DNA of 64,000 nucleotides from NCBI GenBank assembly GCA_950097015.1, contig CATNEN010000011.1, positions 992,001 through 1,056,000 on the forward strand. The letters run 5' to 3'. The first letter of the stretch is position 1; the number at the start of each line of letters is the position of its first letter. Source of the DNA: Macrostomum hystrix (taxonomy: Eukaryota; Animalia; Platyhelminthes). This document shows positions 58,701-64,000 of this stretch, piece by piece. A model generated the notes under the pieces. It was not told the DNA's origin. It made no database searches and was given only the letters and a program-made list of their open reading frames with translations. The translations under genes and the position numbers were made by a program.

Positions 58701-61700
58701 CCAGATCCTCATGGGGGATGAACTGACACCCTCCCAGATCCTCAGGATGAACTGACACCATCCCAGATCCTCAGGATGAACTGACACCCTCCCAGATCCT
58801 CAGGATGAACTGACACCCTCCCAGATCCTCAGGATGAACTGACACCCTCCCAGATCCTCAGGATGAACTGACACCATCCCAGATCCTCAGGGGGATGAAC
58901 TGACACCCTCCCAGATCCTCAGGATGAACTGACACCCTCCCAGATCCTCAGGATGAACTGACACCCTCCCAGATCCTCAGGATGAACTGACACCCTCCCA
59001 GATCCTCAGGATGAACTGACACCCACCCAGATCCTCAGGATGAACTGACACCCACTCATATCCTCAGGATGAACTGACACCCTCCCATATCCTCAGGATG
59101 AACTGACACCCTCCCAGATCCTCAGGGGAGTGAGCTGATACATTCCCAGATCCTCAGGGGAGTGAGCTGATACATTCCCAGATCCTCAGGGAGATGAAAT
59201 GACACCCTCCTAGATACTCAGGGAGATGAACTATCACCTTCCCAAATTGTGAGTTCGACATAAAATAGTTTTATTTTGTTAAAGTTTCCTGAACCTGGAC
59301 GTTCTCTCCTAGTTATGACGACTCCAGCAATCGCGTTGCGAGAGCCCTCAAGCCCTACGAGGTCGACGACTCGGACGCGGCTGATTTGGCATTCAACGTG
59401 GCTCACTTTCGAGCTAAAAAGGAGGTAAGGCGTTTGTTAGAAAACTTTCATTCATTTTGTAACTACGCATAGATTCTACTTGCAGTAGTCAAAGTATGAA
59501 ATATTGAAAAAAACATTTTCCGAAGAATCTCTTGGCGAGTAACACAGTGTCTGTCACAAAAGTCTGTCTTTTAAAACGTTAGAATTTCAGAGTATACATA
59601 GAATTCCTCGCGGGCTTATGAGCAGTAAAAAATCACAAATAGGGCCTGTGTTCATAGTTAAGCGCCAGAATCTCAGGCCTGCACAATGCACAGCAAATGC
59701 TCAATAGCCTCCTAATAGTGTACCGCATTTTTTAGTCATTCAAAGCCGACAATGCAGAATGCGCTAGGCCAGGATGCGGGCCATAGCGACAGCCTACAGG
59801 CCTCTTTATCCCAACAGCCACCCCGTTCCAATTCTCCCCAGATTGAGCTGAGCGCTGAGCTAAAGCAGATTCTGCAGTTGCAGCCGCAGGAGCGCAGTTC
59901 AGCCCAGGTGAGGGCAATCACTCGCGGCCTGCAACGTCTGCCAACATTCAACGAGTATCCGCTGAGGGTGCAGGAGAAACTGGCCCGAGTGGCTCGCTAT
60001 CACACTGTGCCGCCTGGTCGAGTCATCATCCGTCAGGGTCACGCCGGGGTCAACTTCTACGTCATCATCAGCGGCCGGGCGCTGGTTAGCGTGATGCAGC
60101 AGCAGAGGGACACCATTGTGGCCAGGCTGGGTCAGGGCCAGGCCTTTGGCGAGGTGGCCCTCATGCAGGAGGTCACCAGGACGGCTAGCATTGTTAGCCA
60201 GGATGCCATGCAGCTGCTGGCCATTGGTAGGGATGAATTTCAGGTGAGGCATCAAATTATTAGTGCTTATCAATGAGATCTTTAAATTCCCAGTCGGCAT
60301 AGATCAAAGATTCGATATTAGGTTGTAAATCAAAGGTTAACCGAGGTGGTTGCAGATCAAATTTCGACGTGGCGGCACACACAAATAATAGAATTAGCCG
60401 AGGCGGCATAGATCAAAGGGTTGAACGAGGCGGCACAGATAAGAGGTTAGATGTAGTGGCACAATAAAACAAAAAACCACAAGGCCGAGAGTGGTGCTAA
60501 AAGTTTACTTATTGAAACTCAAACCTGTCGTTTTGCCAAATTATGAATTAAACTATAATTCCAATGAAAAGTAGGCATATTTAAGACCGAGTAGCGGTAA
60601 AGAGTGAAAACGATGGCTTCCATAAACTAAAAACAGAAGACCTGTTTTGCACTCGGGATGGGAACATAGACAACTAGGTAGCATTTTTTGGTTAGGGTAG
60701 ACAAAAAACTAATGAAAGGGACAACTGAATAAAAGTACATAAGTACATAAGTACATAAGTACAAAAGTACAGATTAAAGTACAAAGAATGGAATTTTGAA
60801 AAATGCAAATCCAACAGCAGCTCTGGACTCTGATGGAATTCGGGCGAAGGGAGTTTTATCCTTTCCAATCCCTCATCCGAAGGTAGTTCAACTTGTATTT
60901 AGTTAAACCATTAATGAATAAATGAATAAAACATTTCAGGAAATATTCTCCAACCCGGAGACAAGCGCCTCAGGCCGAAGCGGAGGCGGTGGCGGCGGTG
61001 GTGTCCCAGATCACCTACGCTACCTGTTAAACTGCTCATTTATGCGCTTTTTACCAACCGAGCCGCTGCTATCGAATCCGAGCGCCTGTCGGGCCGGCTG
61101 CTATCGGCGCAACGCGGTGGTGGTGGCGGACAGCAAGACCTGCCCGGATCTGGTCATCATTCGGTCCGGATTCTGCCGGGTGATGAAGCGCCTGCTGGTG
61201 AACCGCAGCGACAGTCCTCGAGAGCCTCCAGCTCAGCCAGAGTCGCCTCGAAGCGGCGGCGGCGGCGGCGGCGGAAGCAGCGACAGATCGTCAAAGTCGG
61301 CTAGGACGGCCGATGTCACACTGCCAGGACTGCAGCCAAGCAGTGGCCTGAGCTGTGAGCGAACTTCCCTCAACAACAAAAAATCCATAAAAAACTACTG
61401 TTACTTTAATTTACGGATATTTCCACCGCAACTGACACTATGTCCAGCATGACAGACACTATGTCCACCTCGACAGACACTATGTCCACCTCGACAGACA
61501 CTATGTCCACCTCGACAGACACTATGTCCACCTCGACAGACACTATGTCCACCTCGACAGACACTATGTCCACCTCGACAGACACTATGTCCACCTCGAC
61601 AGACACTATGTCCACCTCGACAGACACTATGTCCACCTCGACAGACACTATGTCCACCGAAACAGGCACCATGTCTATAACAATAGGCACAATGTCCACC

Positions 61701-62817
61701 CCATGCAGTAAACACAAACTCCATTTTAAAGTACAGAGTGTTTGATCCTATCAGCGTCTGGGTACGTCGTATGTGTCAAAAAACGCGCCTATCTTTCACA
61801 GACTCGAAAATTGACACTGGTCTATCAAAGCCGAAGCGGCACCAGTTCAAATTTGAAATTTCCAAGAAACAGCGCAGCCTTGGCCTGGACAGCCTGTCGG
61901 CCGCCTCGGCCAGTTCGGAGTTAAAGCCGCCGCCGTCGCTAGAGATTCGGCGTCAAGTGCCGAGGCTTATTGTGACAACAGACGATGGTCGACTGGACTT
62001 CAGCGCTGAGGCCGACGCGACTGCCCAGGAAGACAGCTCCCAGATGAATCCAGCCACGACGGAAGACGAAAAAAAATGTGTCGCCGTGGAGATTTGCATT
62101 CTGAAGCCCGGCGACGTCTTTGTGAGGCCGCTTTTTTTATAAAAAAACTTTTTCCTATTGTTTTCTCAAATTCTTTAACATAGGAGAATTGACGTATTTA
62201 ATATTGTCGCCATTTTAGGGCCTGTCCGATATCATGTTCAAGGATGAGAAAATTCACGAGGTTGAGGACAGCGCCAGTGTCTCACTGGTGAGATCTTGGA
62301 TCGATGATCGAAAGATGAGAGGGTTGAATGTTGGAAAGTGGTTCCTGAGCTCGTTTCCGCCGCGAGGCCATCATTCATTTGACAGCACCTGTTTCAAAGC
62401 GAGGCCATCATTCATTTGACAACACCTGTTTCAAAGCGAGACCATCATTCATTTGACAACACCTGTTTCAAAGCGAGACCATCATTCATTTGACAACACC
62501 TTTTCAAATACTTTCAACCACGAATCTGTACCATTCGTGTAAATGATTACCCGAAATCCGAACAGGTGAGCAACGGTGCCGAATGCGTCCTACTATCCAA
62601 GGCCTTCTTTATCCAGCACGCGCCGGAGCGGGTCCGCCTAAGAGTTCGCGAGGCGGTGCAGCCCTACCCCAGCGAGCGAGTATTCGAGAGCAACTATTAC
62701 ACCCAGGTGGCCTGGAATCGCTACAGGAGGGCAGTTTTTAAACTGGCTCTCAGCCGAGCTTTGGCTGCCAACGCCGGTCGGAGGGCGGCGGTGGCAGTTA
62801 GAAGCGGCGTCAATTAA
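55734..62817 (+). CDS. CNBD2: Cyclic nucleotide-binding domain-containing protein (CNBD2-like)
   Basis: Predicted exons 55734-55964, 58592-58665, 59313-59424, 59842-60243, 60940-61354, 61802-62121, 62219-62287, 62566-62817, all GT-AG with consistent phases. cNMP domain FNEYPLRVQEKLARVARY..VIIRQGHAGVNFYVIISG..LGQGQAFGEVALM..RTASIV; split second domain (DLVIIRSGFCRV; ILKPGDVFGL; SLVSNGAECVLLSKAFF). The start codon may lie further upstream. Confidence 0.78.
55995..56520. repeat. 21-bp minisatellite CTCCTCCTCACCTTATCTTAT
   Basis: Visible, in CNBD2 intron 1. Confidence 0.95.
57055..57985. repeat. 57-bp higher-order repeat (28+29-bp related monomers starting GAGTGAGGTGGGTGT)
   Basis: Visible dimer periodicity. 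Confidence 0.95.
58675..59240. repeat. 29-bp minisatellite CCCAGATCCTCAGGATGAACTGACACCCT
   Basis: About 18 units starting just after the splice donor at 58666. Confidence 0.95.
61430..61705. repeat. 21-bp minisatellite ACAGACACTATGTCCACCTCG
   Basis: Visible. Confidence 0.95.
62365..62505. repeat. 37-bp tandem repeat ACCATCATTCATTTGACAACACCTGTTTCAAAGCGAG, 3-4 units
   Basis: Visible. Confidence 0.88.
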
Positions 62818-64000
62818 TCGAAGATGTACTTTTAACTGAGTCCAAATGTACTTTTAACAGAATCCAAAAGTACTTTTAACAGAGTCCACATGTACTTTAA
62901 GCCAAACCTGAATGCACTTTTATCGGATTCTATACGTACTTTTAACTAACAATAGAAAGACCAATATTTCAAATATGCACATTTTCTTTTTTCTGTATCT
63001 CCTAAAATATTCAGCCAAACGCCCAGGAAATTCAGAACACGGGCTCAAATTTCCGCTCTATCCTCGATCACTAAATACCGGCATCGTCGAGATATTCAAC
63101 GACTCTTGTCGGGGTGTCTCGTGGCAAAAACCAACAATAAAGGCTCATTTTTTCTGCTCACAAAATTTCATCAGGTAACAATGTCGGTTATTATTGTTGA
63201 TAGTAGTAATAGTAGTAAATAGTAGTAAACTGCAATAGTAGTAAAGTACTAATTATGCACGAAATATCTCCTCAGAAAAAAATCAGCAGATTTTAATATA
63301 CAAACGTTTTGCTAACAGAATGAGAACGATATTTCTTTATTATGTTGTAGATTTTTGTAGTTTTTTAATGTAAACGGAATGTTTCACATTTAATTAGCCC
63401 TTTTTACGCTTCAATAAGTCGTTACACTGTCTGAAAAAATAACGAATTTACTAAAATTTGATTGGTCGTTTAGCTTTTGTTGCTATTTTTAGAAATAGCA
63501 ACCCGTGGGTACAACCCATTTTTACCCCTCAAACAAGACAGGTTTTTATAGAAACAATGAGAAACGAAAAATTTCATCTCGTTTTTTAAGCGATAAACTG
63601 TGTATCCATATGTAACAGATAGATTTGTAAGTGTATTTTAGTAGCAGATTGATTTTATTTAGCATTCGACAATGGCTGACAATGGCAAACAAAAGTGCAT
63701 GAAGATAAAATTGATAAAGACTGAACTTTCCGATTTTTTATGCATGACATTCTGTCACCGCGCAAACTAACAAATTGATGAAGAAGAAAAGCAAAAGCTG
63801 ACCAAATAACCGAGTCTGATTAATACAGCAATTAGCAATACACCAAGGTAAGATTATAAAATTTTAATAGCAGCAAAACCTAAAGAAAAGCTGTGAATAT
63901 TTCTGTGTTTCTGTGAATCTTTCCTACAATGACTATTCTATTTTCTACAAAAAAAATTTAATTCAGTGATTGCTTGAGAGTCGAAATTCGAAAGAAAGAA

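Overview
Eukaryotic, spliceosomal-intron-containing animal DNA with GC-rich exons and AT-rich, repeat-packed introns. A free-living flatworm such as Macrostomum is my guess, not something the sequence proves. Eight protein-coding genes can be reconstructed by hand from GT-AG junctions that keep the reading frame: mitochondrial DnaJ DNAJA3/Tid1 (+), a ZIP subfamily II metal transporter (+), an intronless N-acylated globin X-like gene (-), a delta-catenin/p120-family armadillo protein ending in DSWV (+), a secreted PAN/Apple + GH16 beta-1,3-glucanase (-), a TrmH/SpoU RNA methyltransferase (+), METTL23 (+, 5' end partly duplicated) and a CNBD2-like cNMP-binding protein (+). Mobile DNA comprises a deleted Helitron with a nested hAT MITE, several other MITEs with TIRs/TSDs and two tRNA-derived SINE families. 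About 30 different minisatellites are present, roughly one per large intron. Most long ORFs in the supplied track are artefacts of these repeats. The most unusual signal is that several intronic minisatellites are built from splice-signal-like units in the sense orientation. One 35-bp array reads as back-to-back minimal introns (GTGAGA...YWAACAG|GTGAGA). No true tRNA/rRNA genes or CRISPR arrays were found. All exon boundaries are manual predictions without transcript evidence.
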